Source of the DNA: Vicugna vicugna
Lineage: Eukaryota
Assembly: GCA_013265495.1 (NCBI GenBank)
Contig: MU058065.1
Location: forward strand, 434,001-496,000
Reading direction: 5' to 3'
Length of the DNA stretch: 62,000 nt
In this document: one piece after another, positions 1 through 12,150 of the stretch
Layout: every line of letters begins with the position of its first letter
Position numbering within the stretch: the first letter of the stretch is position 1
The notes under the pieces: generated by a model
Databases searched by the model: none
What the model was told of the DNA's origin: nothing
The model's input: the letters and a program-made list of their open reading frames with translations, nothing else
Made by a program: the position numbers and the translations under genes

Positions 1-690
1 GAGACTATATGCTTAAGCTGCTATAGGGTCCAGCCAATGTGCACCTGAAGGAGCTATTAGGGTCAAATAAAAGGATGATTCTTAGGAGTACTGGATTATA
101 AAACTGGAAAAGAAAAATTGATCAGTATAGAAATACATTTCCAGGACATAGAATCTAACACCTGGCAGGCATCCTGGGAGTCTGCACTAATATACTGCGA
201 GCATGGTTTTTATCAGTTTGAAAAAAAGAAATGGCCCATGCAGAATGAAGTACAAATATCAGACTCGCCATAGAAGACAATGGAGCAATGTATCAAAAGC
301 TTAGAGAAATGAGTATATTAGATGTACCATGGATATTCCAAGGAAGTCCACAAAACCCACCAGCTGGCTGTGTTCTGAGGGAGAATCTGGAAGATACTCC
401 ATTTACCAAAGTGGTAAGTGACATGATGGTGAGGAGGTACTGACATTGTTGGAAAGTTCAGTAATGACCATCCTCTGGAGGCTGGGGCTAATGACAGAAG
501 ATCTTTTAGAACTTTCTAATAGCAAAGGGGATGGATTACTGGATTCCAAAATAATAGGGACCAAGTAGTGAAGCTTGAAGGAGGACTCATCAGTATGAAG
601 GAGAACTCATCAGTATGAAGGAAGACTTGGTTTTTGTAATGAGAGTCAAGGTTAGGTAGCAGTCAAAAGCCTGACTTGCAAAGAGCTAGG
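1..690 (+). mobile_element. ERV-L (HERV16/ERVL-like) internal gag relic, truncated by window start
   Basis: Resembles ERV-L gag nucleotide consensus by recall, e.g. gaagatactccatttaccaaa...atggtgaggagg...gaaagttcagtaatg; many stops, no ORF. Confidence 0.65.
577..627. repeat. 20-bp tandem repeat, ~2.5 copies
   Basis: gaaggaggactcatcagtat / gaaggagaactcatcagtat / gaaggaagact. Confidence 0.9.
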
Positions 691-1070
691 TTGAATGAAT
701 GAAGAAAATTTACATGGTTGAAATAGACAAAGGATAAAAGATGGGGGACAGAAGTAAATTCTCATTTAAAAAAAAAAGAAGTAAATCCTCATAAATATCC
801 ATAAAATATGTTAATATGATTTTTCAAAGATATAATCTCACTACATCTAGCACTTTATTGTAGCTGATATCTATTTGCCCTCTACAATTCTGTTAAAGCA
901 TCATCGATCTTTTTCTTTTTTAATCTAGGATTTATTACTCTGTTCTGTGCATGGGGTGTTAATAATTATTTGTCATTATTATTCTTCTCATTATTGAAAT
1001 TGTTAACTGTAGCCAGGACACAGAATAACAAAATGCATAACTTGACATATAAAATTGACACTAGATTCTT

Positions 1071-1296
1071 TGTAAAACAATTTTTATTGAAGTACAGTTT
1101 CCAATTTTGTGTCAATTTCTGCTGTATAGCACAATACTTCAGTCCCATAGGAACCTACATACACTCCTTCTCATATTTTTCTTCACCATAGGTTACCACA
1201 AAATATTGAATATGGTTCCCTGTGCTATACAATATAAACTTGTTGTTTATCTATTTTATATATATTAGTTAGTATCTGCAAATCTCGAATTCCCAA
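1071..1296 (-). mobile_element. Short 5'-truncated L1 3' end (artiodactyl/camelid type)
   Basis: Antisense L1 3'UTR (tttttattgaagtacag...ccctgtgctatac); 15-bp TSD tgacactagattctt 1056-1070 / tgacattagattctt 1297-1311. Confidence 0.85.
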
Positions 1297-1829
1297 TGAC
1301 ATTAGATTCTTGACACTCATTGTTAACCGTATCAGCCACACTGATGGGACTATGCAGTGCTTCCCTCACAGCTGCCTGACTAACGTTTCTTTTATATTTT
1401 AAAACCTATAAACATCTTTCTTAGTATCCACAAGAATCTATTTATAATGTTCACACACTTCAATGATTCACTGTAGTCAACACTTGTAAGTAAATATCTC
1501 ACTTCCTGGTTAGTTAATGAGATATCATGAATGAAGCCAGTATTATGAATGAAAGGGTTACCAAGGAGAGAAAGCAAACCTAATCTGGGATTCAAGTACA
1601 CCTTCTTTCCTTTCATTTGTCCCTGAGATGAGTAAGGAAAGTGCCCAGGGGATTTGAGGTAACAACCTTTTGGCTTTATCCCTAGAAGGGAACACTTGAT
1701 CAATAGAAATCAAGGTGTCCAATCATGGTGATTGTTAAGGAAACACATGTAAAACCAACAACAGTGTACCACATCATGATCTTAAGTTGTCCAAGATAAA
1801 TACAACAGTAATTTCTATAGAATCAGCAA

Positions 1830-2460
1830 GTAAACACTTTTCACTCAGCTGGTGGGACTGTCAGTTGGCCTGCTCTTTTAGAAGGGCAATTTGATAATTT
1901 GAGACAAATGCCTCAAAGTATTTGTTTTCCCTTTGATTTAGTGATTCCATAGTCAGAAACTTACCCTAAGAAAATTATCAGAGATGAGGCAAAGATTTAT
2001 GAACAAGGATGCTTATTGAATATTCATAACACTGGGAAATTAGAACCAACCCAACATCTAGCAATAGAGGGATGGCCAAACAAATGTCGTCATGATTATG
2101 CTACGGGACAATATGCATCAATTCAAATTTCTGAGCAACATTTAATGACACAGAGGATGCTTATACCATTATATTAAATTAAAAGTACTGTATTTATAGA
2201 ATAATCCAAATTTTGTAAGCAAGGAATAACATTTCAAGGTGTTAAAAATTTTTAGAAAGAGCCAACTCTGCCAACACCTTTGTCTTGGATTTCTTGCTTT
2301 CAGGACTATGAGAGAATAAATTTCTGAAACTCAAGGAAAAAAAAATTCCAGGAGGAAGATGAACCAAATTATAAACAATGTTTTTCTTGGGGTAGCAGAG
2401 TTTTAATTTTTTCTTTATAATTTCTCCTTTTGAAAATTTCCAGATTGGCTGTATATTACT
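1830..2460 (+). mobile_element. Ancient L1ME-type 3' region, interrupted at ~2260-2345
   Basis: ccctttgatttagtgattcc...taccctaagaaaattatcagagatg...aaccaacccaacatctagcaataga resembles a degraded L1ME 3' end. Confidence 0.55.
2260..2326 (+). mobile_element. MaLR (MLT1/MST) LTR fragment
   Basis: gccaactctgccaacacctttgtcttggatttc...caggactatgagagaataaatttctg is the MaLR polyA-signal region; also matches the MLT1 copies at ~40860 and ~58410. Confidence 0.7.
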
Positions 2461-3125
2461 TGTAATTATGAAGGAGTAATAGAAATATTCTCATATTAGG
2501 AATGTTTGCCTTTGGTGACAACATTAGTGCTTTCATGTGGTGCAGAAGAAAGCACTCCATGTGCACATGATGGACACGTCTGAGGTTCATTTCCACAATG
2601 TGTCCCATTGGTCTCCATCCTGCTCCTCGAAGTCCCAGTGCTGGTTCTTTGTTGCACATTTATTACAGACATAGCATTAAATGCTAAATCTCTTCCTTTT
2701 TAGAGTGGTAATGGGAATTGATCTTTTGTTATTCCTTGAGAATTACTCCCTAAAATGCTTCATCCGTAACTATACAAAATAAGGAAACTTCCTTCTCTTC
2801 TCAGAACCAGCAAACGTGTTAAACTCTGAGTAAAGCATAGAATTTTGCGGACTATAGTCTTTCTCGACCGCTGTGACATGAATTTTCTACTTACACCCAC
2901 AGGGATATTTATGAAAAAGGAATTTGAGCATCACAGGGTGGAGGGAAAAAACGACCACTTTCAAAGAAACAATAATAGAAAGTTCCTGATTTCTGTGTCT
3001 ACTGAATTAGAAGGGGAATTATTAGTTATGGTGAATGGAAACTCACGCAGTTATGAATGCAATGCAAGGTTGCAGTGTTTAGTATTTCTCCAAGGAAATT
3101 GTTTTCTTTTTCTGGTTCTATAACC

Positions 3126-6100
3126 CTTTTTTTTTTTAAATTGAAGTATAGTTGATTTACAATGTTATATTAGTTTCCGGTGTACAGCTTTCAATATTTT
3201 TATATATTATACTCTATTTAAAGTTAGTATAAAATTTCCCTGTACAATGTACGCTTGTTGCTTATTTATTTTATACATAGTATTTTGTACCTCTAGGTCC
3301 TATAGCCCTAAGCCCTATCTCGCCCCTGTTCCCTCTCCTGACTTGTGACCACTGGTTTGTTTTCTGTATCTGTGAGTCTACTTCTGTTTTGCTATATTCT
3401 TTCGTTTGTTTTAATCAGGTTATTTGTTTTTTTTTTTTGATACTGATTTGTATCAACTGTTTATATATTTTGGATATTAACCCCTTAACAGTCATATATT
3501 TGCAAATAATTTCTCTCACTTAGTACGTTGTCTTTTCATTTTGTTGATTGTTTCTATTCAATATTTTTATATATTATACTCTATTTAAAGTTAGTATAAA
3601 ATTTCCCTGTACAATGTACGCTTGTTGCTTATTTATTTTATACATAGTATTTTGTACCTCTAGGTCCTATAGCCCTATCTCACCTTGCCCCTGTTCCCTC
3701 TCCTGACTTGTGACCACTGGTTTGTTTTCTGTATCTGTGAGTCTACTTCTGTTTTGCTATATTCTTTCATTTGTTTTAATCAGGTTATTTGTTTTTTTCT
3801 GATACTGATTTGTATCAACTGTTTATATATTTTGAATATTAACCCCTTAACAGTCATATATTTGCAAATATTTTCTCTCACTTAGTACGTTGTCTTTTCA
3901 TTTTGTTGATTGTTTCTTTTGCTGTGCAAAAGCTTTTAAGTTCAATTAGGTCTTATGGGTTTATTTCTGTTTTCATTTCTTTGGCCTTAGGAGACTGATC
4001 CAAAAAAATATTGCTACAGTTTATGGCAAAGGGTGGTCCACCTGTGTTCTCTTCTTGGAGTTTTATGGTTTCAGGTCTTACATTTGGGTCTTTAATTCAC
4101 TTACAGTTTATTTTTGTATATGGTGTGAGGTTCTAATCTCATCCTTTTACACACAGCTGTCCAGTTTCCCCAGCACCATTTATTGAAAAGACAGCCTTTT
4201 TCCATTGTATATTTTTGCCTCTTTTGTTGTAGATTAACTGACCACAGACACGTTGGTTCATTTCTGGGCTGTCTATTCTGCTCCATTGACCTACGTGTCA
4301 ATTTTTGTGCCAGAACCATGCTGCTTTGATTACTGTAGCTCAGGAGTCTGAAGTCAGGGAGAGTGATATCTCCAGTTCTGTTCTTTTTTCTCAAAGTTGC
4401 TTTGACATTGGGGGTCTTTTTTGGTTCTATACAAATTTTATAATGATTTATTCTAGTTCTGTGAAAATGCCATGGGTATTTTGATGGGAGTTGCATTAAA
4501 TCTGTAGATTGCTTTGGGTAGTATGGACATTTTTAACGATATTATTTCTTCCAATCCAAGAACATGGGATATCCTTCCATATTTTGGTATCATCTTCAAT
4601 TTTCTTTATCAATGTTTTATGGTTTTCAGAGTATACAGGTCTTCACCTCTCCTTAGTTAAGTTTATTCTTAGGTATTTTACTCTTTTTGCTGTGATTTTA
4701 AATGGGATTTTTTTTTTTGCTTGCTTTTTCTGATAGTTCATTACTAGTATATAGAAAAGTAACAGATTTCTGTATATTAATCTTGTATCCTGAAACTTTA
4801 CTAAATTCATTTGTTAGTTCTAAACAGTTTTGGTGGAGACTTTCTGGTTTTCTATATACAGTATGTTATCTGCAAATAGTCAGTTTTTCTTCTTCCCTTT
4901 CAATTTGGATGCCTTTTATTTCTTTTTCTTGTTTGTTTGCTGTGACTAGGACTTCCAATACTACGTAAGTAGAAATTTTCAGAGTGAGATTCCTTGTTTC
5001 GTTTCTTACTTTAGAAGAAAGACTTTCAGTTTTTCACCATTAAGTATGATATTAGCTGTGGAATTGTCATAAGTGGCCTTTATTGTCTTGCCCTATACAA
5101 ATTTTAATGAGTGTTTTTATTACGAATGGATGTTGAAATTTGTCAAATGCTTTTTTTTGCATTTATTGAGATGATCATGTGATTTTTATCCTTCCTTTTG
5201 TTAATATGGTGTATGACATCGATTGATTTGTGAATACTGCATCCCTAGAACACATTCCACTTGATCATAGTGTGTGATCTGTTTCATATATTGTTGGATT
5301 CAGTTTGCTAACATTTTGCTGAGGATTTATATTCATCAAAGATACTGGCCTGTAATTCTCTCTCTCTCTCTCTCTCTTTTTTTTTTTTTTTTTTTTTTTT
5401 TTGTAGTGTCTTCATCTGGTTTTGGTTTCAGGGTAATGGTGGACTCAAAGAATGAATTTGGGAGTGTTCTGTCTGCTTCAGTGTTTTGGAATAGTTTGAG
5501 AAGGATAGGTATTTCTTCTTTATATATTTAGTAGAACTCCCTTGTGATGCTGACTGGCTCTGGACTTTTGTTTGCTGGGAGTTTTTTAAATTACAAATTT
5601 AATTTTACTACTAGTGATCAGTCTGTTCAGATTGTCTGTTTTTCCTTATTTGATCTCAGCAGGTTTTATGTTTCTAGAAATGTGTCCATTTCTTCTAGAT
5701 TGTCCAATTTGTCAGCATGTAGTCTGCAGTATTCTCTTATAATTTTTTTGCATCTCTTTGGGCATCAGTTTTTATTTCTCCTCTTTCATTTTTTATTTTG
5801 TTTATTTTGGTCCTTTCTCTTTTCTTCTTGAAGAGCCTTGCTAGAGGTTGATCATTTTCGTTTATCTTTAAAAAAATTCTCTTGGTTTCATCGCTCTTTT
5901 CTATTGTGTTTGTTATTGGTGGTGGTGGTGGTGGTGTTCAACATTTTATTTATTTCCTGAGGGATCTTTATGATTTCCTCCCTTAGGCTGACTTTGGGCT
6001 TTTTTGGTCTTCTTCTTCTTTTTTTTTTTCCTTCCTAATTCCTTTAGATGGTGGATTAGGTTGCTTATTTGAGATTTTTCTTGTTTCTTGAGGAAGGACT

Positions 6101-6655
6101 GTATCACTATAAACTTTTCTCTTAGAACTGCTTTTGTCGCATTCCATAGATTTTGGAAAGCTGTGTTTCCATTTTCCTTTGTCTTGAGGTATTTTCTGAT
6201 TTCCTCTTTGATTTCTTTGTTGACCCGTTGGTTCTATAGTACCATGTTGTTTCGTCTCCTCATGTTTGTGCTTTTCTGATTTTTCTTTCTGTGATTGACT
6301 TCTATCATCAAACCACTGCACTCAGAAAAAGTGCTTGGTATAGTTTCTATCCTCTTAAATCTGTTGAGACTTGTTTTGTTGTCTAGCATGTGGTTTATCC
6401 TTGAGAACATTCCATGCACACTTGAGAAGAATGTGTATTCTGTTGTTTTTTGGATGAAACATCTTGTAGCTATCTATTAAGTCCAACTGGTTTATTGAGT
6501 CACGTAAGACCACTGTTGCTTATTGATTTTTTTTGTCTGGAGGATCTGTTTGTTGATATAAGTGGGGTGTTAAAGTTCCCTACAATTATTGTTTTATTGT
6601 TAATTTCTCCCTTTATGTCTGTTAATATTTGCTTTATATATTTAGGTGTATCCTC
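3126..6655 (-). mobile_element. L1 retrotransposon, ~3.5 kb, internally deleted, ORF2 pseudogenised
   Basis: Poly-T at 3126, antisense 3'UTR, ORF2 remnants in the ORF track (6500-6736 PKYIKQILTDIKGEINNKTIIVGNFNTPL = APE endonuclease; 4101-4496 ITLPDFRL, LFNKWCWGNW). Confidence 0.93.
3190..3917. repeat. ~365-bp head-to-tail tandem duplication inside the L1
   Basis: 3190-3555 and 3557-3917 are near-identical (ttcaatatttttatatattatactc...ttgttgattgtttct). Confidence 0.95.
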
Positions 6656-6902
6656 CTTTACTTTTGGTTCTCTTTTACTAACATCTCTCCCAGCACAGGT
6701 TTTACAAAGTATGATATAGAAAATAAATGAAAACAAATAAAATGCTGTAAAATCACCACATGTTTTCTAGGAATACAGGAAAAATATTTTTTCTTTTCTT
6801 TTTCCTTTCATTCCTCCATCCCTCCCTTCCTCTATTGCTCTCTTTCTCACTCTTGACCTCACTTTCTCACTCTCTTACTCTCTTTTTGGCTTCTTGATTT
6901 AG

Positions 6903-6941
6903 GTTGTTACATAAAGTCTGATCCTTTTTTTTCCTTTCAAG
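6903..6941 (+). other. Candidate 39-nt cassette micro-exon (unverified)
   Basis: ~120-nt AG-free pyrimidine tract ending ttag at 6902; donor CAAG|GTAAGA at 6941/6942. Confidence 0.2.
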
Positions 6942-7904
6942 GTAAGAATATATCAAATCTTAGTTTTGAAAACCATGTTTTAACATGCATAGCCATAACT
7001 GCTGAGATAGGAACATGTTCTGCTGTGTAAGATGGTATCATCTTTTGGGATTTAACTTGTGATATGTAACTTTGCTTGGACAAGAATATTTATAAAAAGA
7101 GTGCCTTTCCTAATTTTCAGACTTGGAAATGCCTTGTGGTTGTTTTCAAATGGTTTACTCACTGTGAATTCAAAAACCAGGGAAAGTCTTATTTCTTGTT
7201 TCTTTCAATAATTTTAACAAACATCTGCTAAAAGCTCCCAGGGGTATATTTTGCACAGGACTAAAAAAGGACTGCTGGTGATGCTAAGAGCCTGTTACTT
7301 TCAGAATATGTAACCTAGCTAAATATGCATTACGATTTAATAAATCCATAAATAGATATTATATGGAGATTGCAGACCAGCTGTTCCCTACTAAAATAAG
7401 CCAGAGGAAAAGGAGCTGTAGTTAAAAGTATTCAGGTTCAATATAAGGAAGTGGAAGGAGTTGCTGGGGAGCTTTTTGAGTCCCCTATAAAGATCCTTAC
7501 TCAGAATGCTGAATATCGTCAGGGCTGGCCTGTGATTTCCAAGTCTTGCAAGTTAAAAAAAGAACAAAAATATCGACTTGGATTTTAAACTTAGATGGAA
7601 ATTATTTTAGTCACTGAAATAAGTTCTCAAGCTGTACTGAAAATAAGGAGGAAATTTTCCATTCAGAATTTCTGGAGTTAAAATAGACCCCATTCACCTT
7701 TTCCTTCTTTGTGTCAGCACAGCAAAAACGAAATCCCTGCAGATTATAGAAGCAGCTTCAGACCTTGCACCAAACCTCCACCATTGGAGCTTTCTCACTG
7801 GGACTTTGCAATAAATTCCCTGTCTCTTACCCTACCAACCAGAGTCAGATCTGCTGTAAAACTGAAGCAACAAGAGTTCTTTTAATTTATACAGTAATCT
7901 TTTA

Positions 7905-8080
7905 ATGTTGAATGCTTTCTTGTTTAGTGTCTCATTTAATATTCCCAACAATGCTACAAAAGAGGAATACTTATCCCCATTTTCTGATATGAAAAATGAG
8001 AATCACAGGGTGATCTATACAAAATTACCTACTTTGTAAGTGGCAAAGCCAGGAGAACACCCAGTTTTAAATCTTAGTTA
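7905..8080 (-). mobile_element. MIR SINE
   Basis: tctcatttaatattcccaacaa...ccccattttctgatatgaaaaatgag...gtaagtggcaaagccagg. Confidence 0.7.
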
Positions 8081-8314
8081 AGGGCTCAGTGTGTTGTAAC
8101 TCCGTAATTTTGATGCACTTAATCTTGTTTTTTTTCAGGGGTGTTCCACCTTCTAACAATGTGGCTGATTTGATTGGAATGATCCTGCATATTCACCCTT
8201 CTAAGAAATTGCAAGGAAAATACTCAGACTGGAGCTTTCCAGAAAACACCCTTGATGTAGAACATTCCTACTTATCCATTCACTGTAAGCATTGACAGTA
8301 TAGTTTATTACTCA

Positions 8315-8830
8315 TCAATTGTGTAACAAGTTATTTAACATCTGTAGGTCTCAGTTTCTTCATCTGTATAAGTGGAAATAATAATAGTACCTTCCTTAAA
8401 GGGCTTTTGATTTATATAATAACAATAATAATAAGGTCACAAATGAACTAAGTATTATTTTGATTTCTTGAATATGTGTAAGCACATTTGACTGTCCTTT
8501 ATGATTGGACTACTGCATTCTGTTGATACTTATTTTGTAGTTGGCTTTATTCCTTTGATAACTATGTAAGTTTAAAAAGCTAAAGATCGAATCTGATCTT
8601 AGAAACAATAATTAATATATATATGTAAACCAAAAAAAGTGTAGTATACTGTATATATGTATTTACATGTAATATAATGTGTATTTGCAGTTGAACTGTA
8701 ATAATTGTACCTAATAAAACTGAAAAAAAATGAAGGGCTGTTGAGAGGAAAAATTAAGTTAATACATGTAAGGTGTTTGGAACAAACTATGCTTGGACAA
8801 AATATGCGGAGTGAAAACATTGGCTAATAT
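8315..8830 (+). mobile_element. MIR SINE split by the insertion at 8411-8732
   Basis: caagttatttaac...ctcagtttcttcatctgta...ataatagtacc, resuming at gggctgttgagagg...aatacatgtaag. Confidence 0.75.
8411..8732 (+). mobile_element. Retro-insertion: stub of L1 3'UTR plus non-canonical ~270-nt tail (copy A)
   Basis: TSD aagggcttttga 8399-8410 / aagggctgttga 8733-8744; AATAAA 8713-8718 then A-tail; ~90% identical by eye to 27668-27930. Confidence 0.85.
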
Positions 8831-8949
8831 CACAAATTTGCCATCAACTCTAGACTCCAACTTGGCTTCCAACCATGTGACAAAAGGACAATTAACTAAT
8901 TTTATAAAAATCATCTATAATATACCCCTTTTTAAGGTATTTGAAGAAT

Positions 8950-9560
8950 GTAGGGATGAATAACAAGTAATACTTGCCTCCAAGAAGCTTAGCATTCAGT
9001 GGAAGAGATATGAAATATATGCACATTTCTATAGTCCAAGTCACAGTAAGTAATGTAAGACCAGAGCACATAGGAAGCAGGAATTCTTAACAACTGGAAG
9101 GATCTGATAAGATTTTTATATGCGATGAAACTTGGAAAGTCTTATTTGCTTTGAGTCTCTACAGGACCTTGCTCAGTGGCTGTTACATAGAAGGTGCTCA
9201 GTGGATATATGTGGAGTGACTGCATATGGCAGGTGGAGGTCAGAGATTTGGGGCAGGCTTCTTTGGAGGGGAAAAAGCATAAGCCAAACATGGAGGTATA
9301 AAAAGGATCTAGTTAGGAAGTCCATGGCTGGTGGATTCATGGTTTGGGGGTCAGTGGATGAAGAAATTATCAAGGTAGAATTAGTTTCAGTTATTGGATG
9401 GTTTTGAAGGAGCTTCTAGAGATTTAGATTTTATGTGATACCAATGGGGGTGAGCAGAACATCACACAGTTCTGAGAAGGGTCTGGTGTGATTGGGTATA
9501 GACTATAAGACCATGCCTTTTATGATTTTGAAGACTATTAGTATGGTGATCTGATATCCA
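8950..9560. mobile_element. L2 fragments (mostly minus; short plus-strand 3' end at ~9160-9225)
   Basis: cttgcctccaagaagcttagcattcagtgg; catagaaggtgctcagtggatatatgtggagtga; gatttagattttat...tctgagaagg. Confidence 0.55.
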
Positions 9561-11104
9561 GTACTAACAAGATCACAGCCACTCCACTCACAACGTTGCC
9601 AAGGGAAATGTCGATGTTGTGGGTTAAGGTTACTAGTTAGACTTTTTGTCCTCAACTCCCAAGGACTCTAGTAAGATGGGCTTGGAAGGTGGCATGTAGA
9701 CCAGAAGGTTAAGGAGGCTCTTTGCTATCCTTAAGCCTAGACCTTAACCTGGGTACTGCATTCCTGCTGGCTTCAAGGGTGGAGAGAAACTTTTGAGATT
9801 AGTGGACTGAAATTTATATGAAACAGAACTGATGAGCAAGGCAACTGGATGACTTAATCTCCCCCATGTGGAAGAAGTCATGAGCTATATTGCCATTCCT
9901 GGTCCACAATAGGAGAAAACAAAATAAAGAGCCATGCCAGTGGGCATGCGCATTAACCCACAGTGATCCTGCTGATGAGTAAATGCAGCCCAGGCTCATG
10001 CCTGGAATCTGACTCATTACATGAGTGCCCCTCCTCCTAGAGGGAAGAAAAAGAAGGTTCAGGGGAAAATCGATATTTGTTTTTTCAGAGAACTACCTGG
10101 AAGATGGCTTAAAAAGAACTATTAGAGGTAGAGAGAATTTGAGTTAGGTCAATGTGAGTGGAACTGGAAAGGGAATTTGATTTCAAAGACATTGAAGAAT
10201 CTGATCTGAAGTTGGGATGAAAGATACAGAGGCATTGAAGCTAATTATCTGTATCCCATCTCTTGTGATAGGAAGGATGGTGTTGCTGCCATTACCTGAG
10301 ATAAGCAATGAAGAGGCCATGATGATTTATATTCCTTTACAGTTTTAGTGTAGCCTTTACACACACATATCTGCTTGTATTCTGAAGCTACCTTGAGGCT
10401 AAGCAGAGCTATATGCTAATTAACAAGTAACATTACAGTGTTAAGAGAAATGGAAGGATGAAACTACCTTTTTTTTTTCTTTCCTAGCGTATAAGAAATA
10501 GGAAGATAGAATTCTTCAGGAGGGAGGTAGACTCAGGGTCTTGGAACAAATGGCTGCTTGTTTGACATACTTTTTGTGTCTCAGAGGATCTCAGAAAACA
10601 TCTAAGTGGTGCTGAAAGCTTTTGGAAGGATTATGTGAAAAAAAAAAGTTGTGAAAGAAGGCAATCATAAAAATTACTCTCTGGGCAATATTTTCATAGT
10701 TGAGCAAAGAGCCTTTGCTCTTGCAATTGTTTAAATATATGAAATAAGAGACTCCTTTTTAAAGCGAGCAGTGTTATTTTTAAAAGAAGGACAGGAACAA
10801 CATGATGATTCTAGGCTTATGAAGAAAGATATATATATATGTACCTTAGCATTTGCCCTGGATTCACTGAAAGGAAACTAGTGGTGGGTGCAGGACAAAC
10901 AGCTAAGATAAGAAGTGCTGAAAGGTAGTTGATATTCCAGGTTCATATTTCAGGAAGACAAGAAAACGCTTATGACATAGTTTGATTCTTAGCTACAGAC
11001 ATTGGGATCTCTTTAAATACTTACATCCGACACATTTCACAGGCCTCATAATTACTTATCTTTTCCCCCATACCTCCTAAATGATCAAAATATTGTATGA
11101 GCCA

Positions 11105-11510
11105 GTGCAGTTTAAAAACTCATTTCATGTCACTATAAATATTTTTATGAAAAACTGTATTTCCCAACCAAAACATTAGTGAGAAGAAAGGCATTGTTTC
11201 ACTTTTGTCATCCTCTCCCCACCACACACACACAAAATCTTTGCCTGACTCAATTAAAAACATCTGTATTCTCATGCTAGCTTCTGTAGTTTATCTGATA
11301 TATTTTGATAGAAATATGTGAAGAAAATCACTGTATGGTACTGGAAAGGGGAGAATAATTTTAATAGCACATTGAGATAATTGTGAATATTCTTTGATAC
11401 TATACCAATACTTGGCAAGTGGTAATTTTTAAAAAGGTTGTTTACAATGTGAAATCTGAGATCCTGTCAATGAACATTTTGCACTGTTAATAAAATCTAT
11501 TGGTGTATCC
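11105..11510. mobile_element. hAT-Charlie DNA transposon fragment (Charlie1-like)
   Basis: gtgagaagaaaggcattgtttcac...attctcatgctagcttctg...gataattgtgaatattctttgatacta...aatgtgaaatctga matches Charlie1a by recall. Confidence 0.7.
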
Positions 11511-11829
11511 CGTTGCGGGGGGAAATGCCTATAACAGAGAAGGGGCTCAAACTCACCAACTGCTAACAAGACATGTAATTAAGAGTGCAGTGCAATTTAT
11601 GAGAATCAATTCTAGGCAGACTGGAAGGTCGAAGGACTGGACACTTAGGCATCAGAGGCATAATCCAAGGTGGTAGTTTGAGCTGTGGGGAAAAATGGGA
11701 AAAGTAGAGCTGGAACTATGGCCAGTGGCTGGGGGAAAATTGTAAGAACCCAGTGTCAAAATAAGAAGAAGGACCTTGATCAGCGAGAGTGTCTTCATTT
11801 GGGTTCTTATTAGGACAAGAGTCAGTTCT

Positions 11830-12150
11830 CAGGATGCGCTATTTTGAGCCCTTATAAACGAATGAGCGAGCTCTTCATGTATGTATAGAGAATGATTCTG
11901 CAGAGTGAAACAAAAGAAATAGAGAGCTCTCGATATAGTTTGTTAACAACTGTTTAAAATAAAAGGTGCATGGTTTTATCTATCTACCTTAGAAATTCTG
12001 GAAGGGTCCACAAAACCTGTAATAGTGGCTGCTTGGTATGTTTTTGGTGATGGGGAACTTGAAAAAAAGGATGGAAAGAAGACTTTAGCTTCTATCTATA
12101 AATCGCTATATGACTTATGGAAAAATTAAAGATATACATTTAAAAAAAGG
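11830..12150 (+). mobile_element. Ancient L1ME-type 3' end
   Basis: aaattctggaagggtccacaaaacctgtaatagtggctgc...A-rich end. Confidence 0.45.

Noticed and set aside
577..627. Short direct repeats as a CRISPR-like array (also 57657-57697)
   Set aside because: Head-to-tail slippage duplications with no spacers, in a eukaryotic context with no cas genes.
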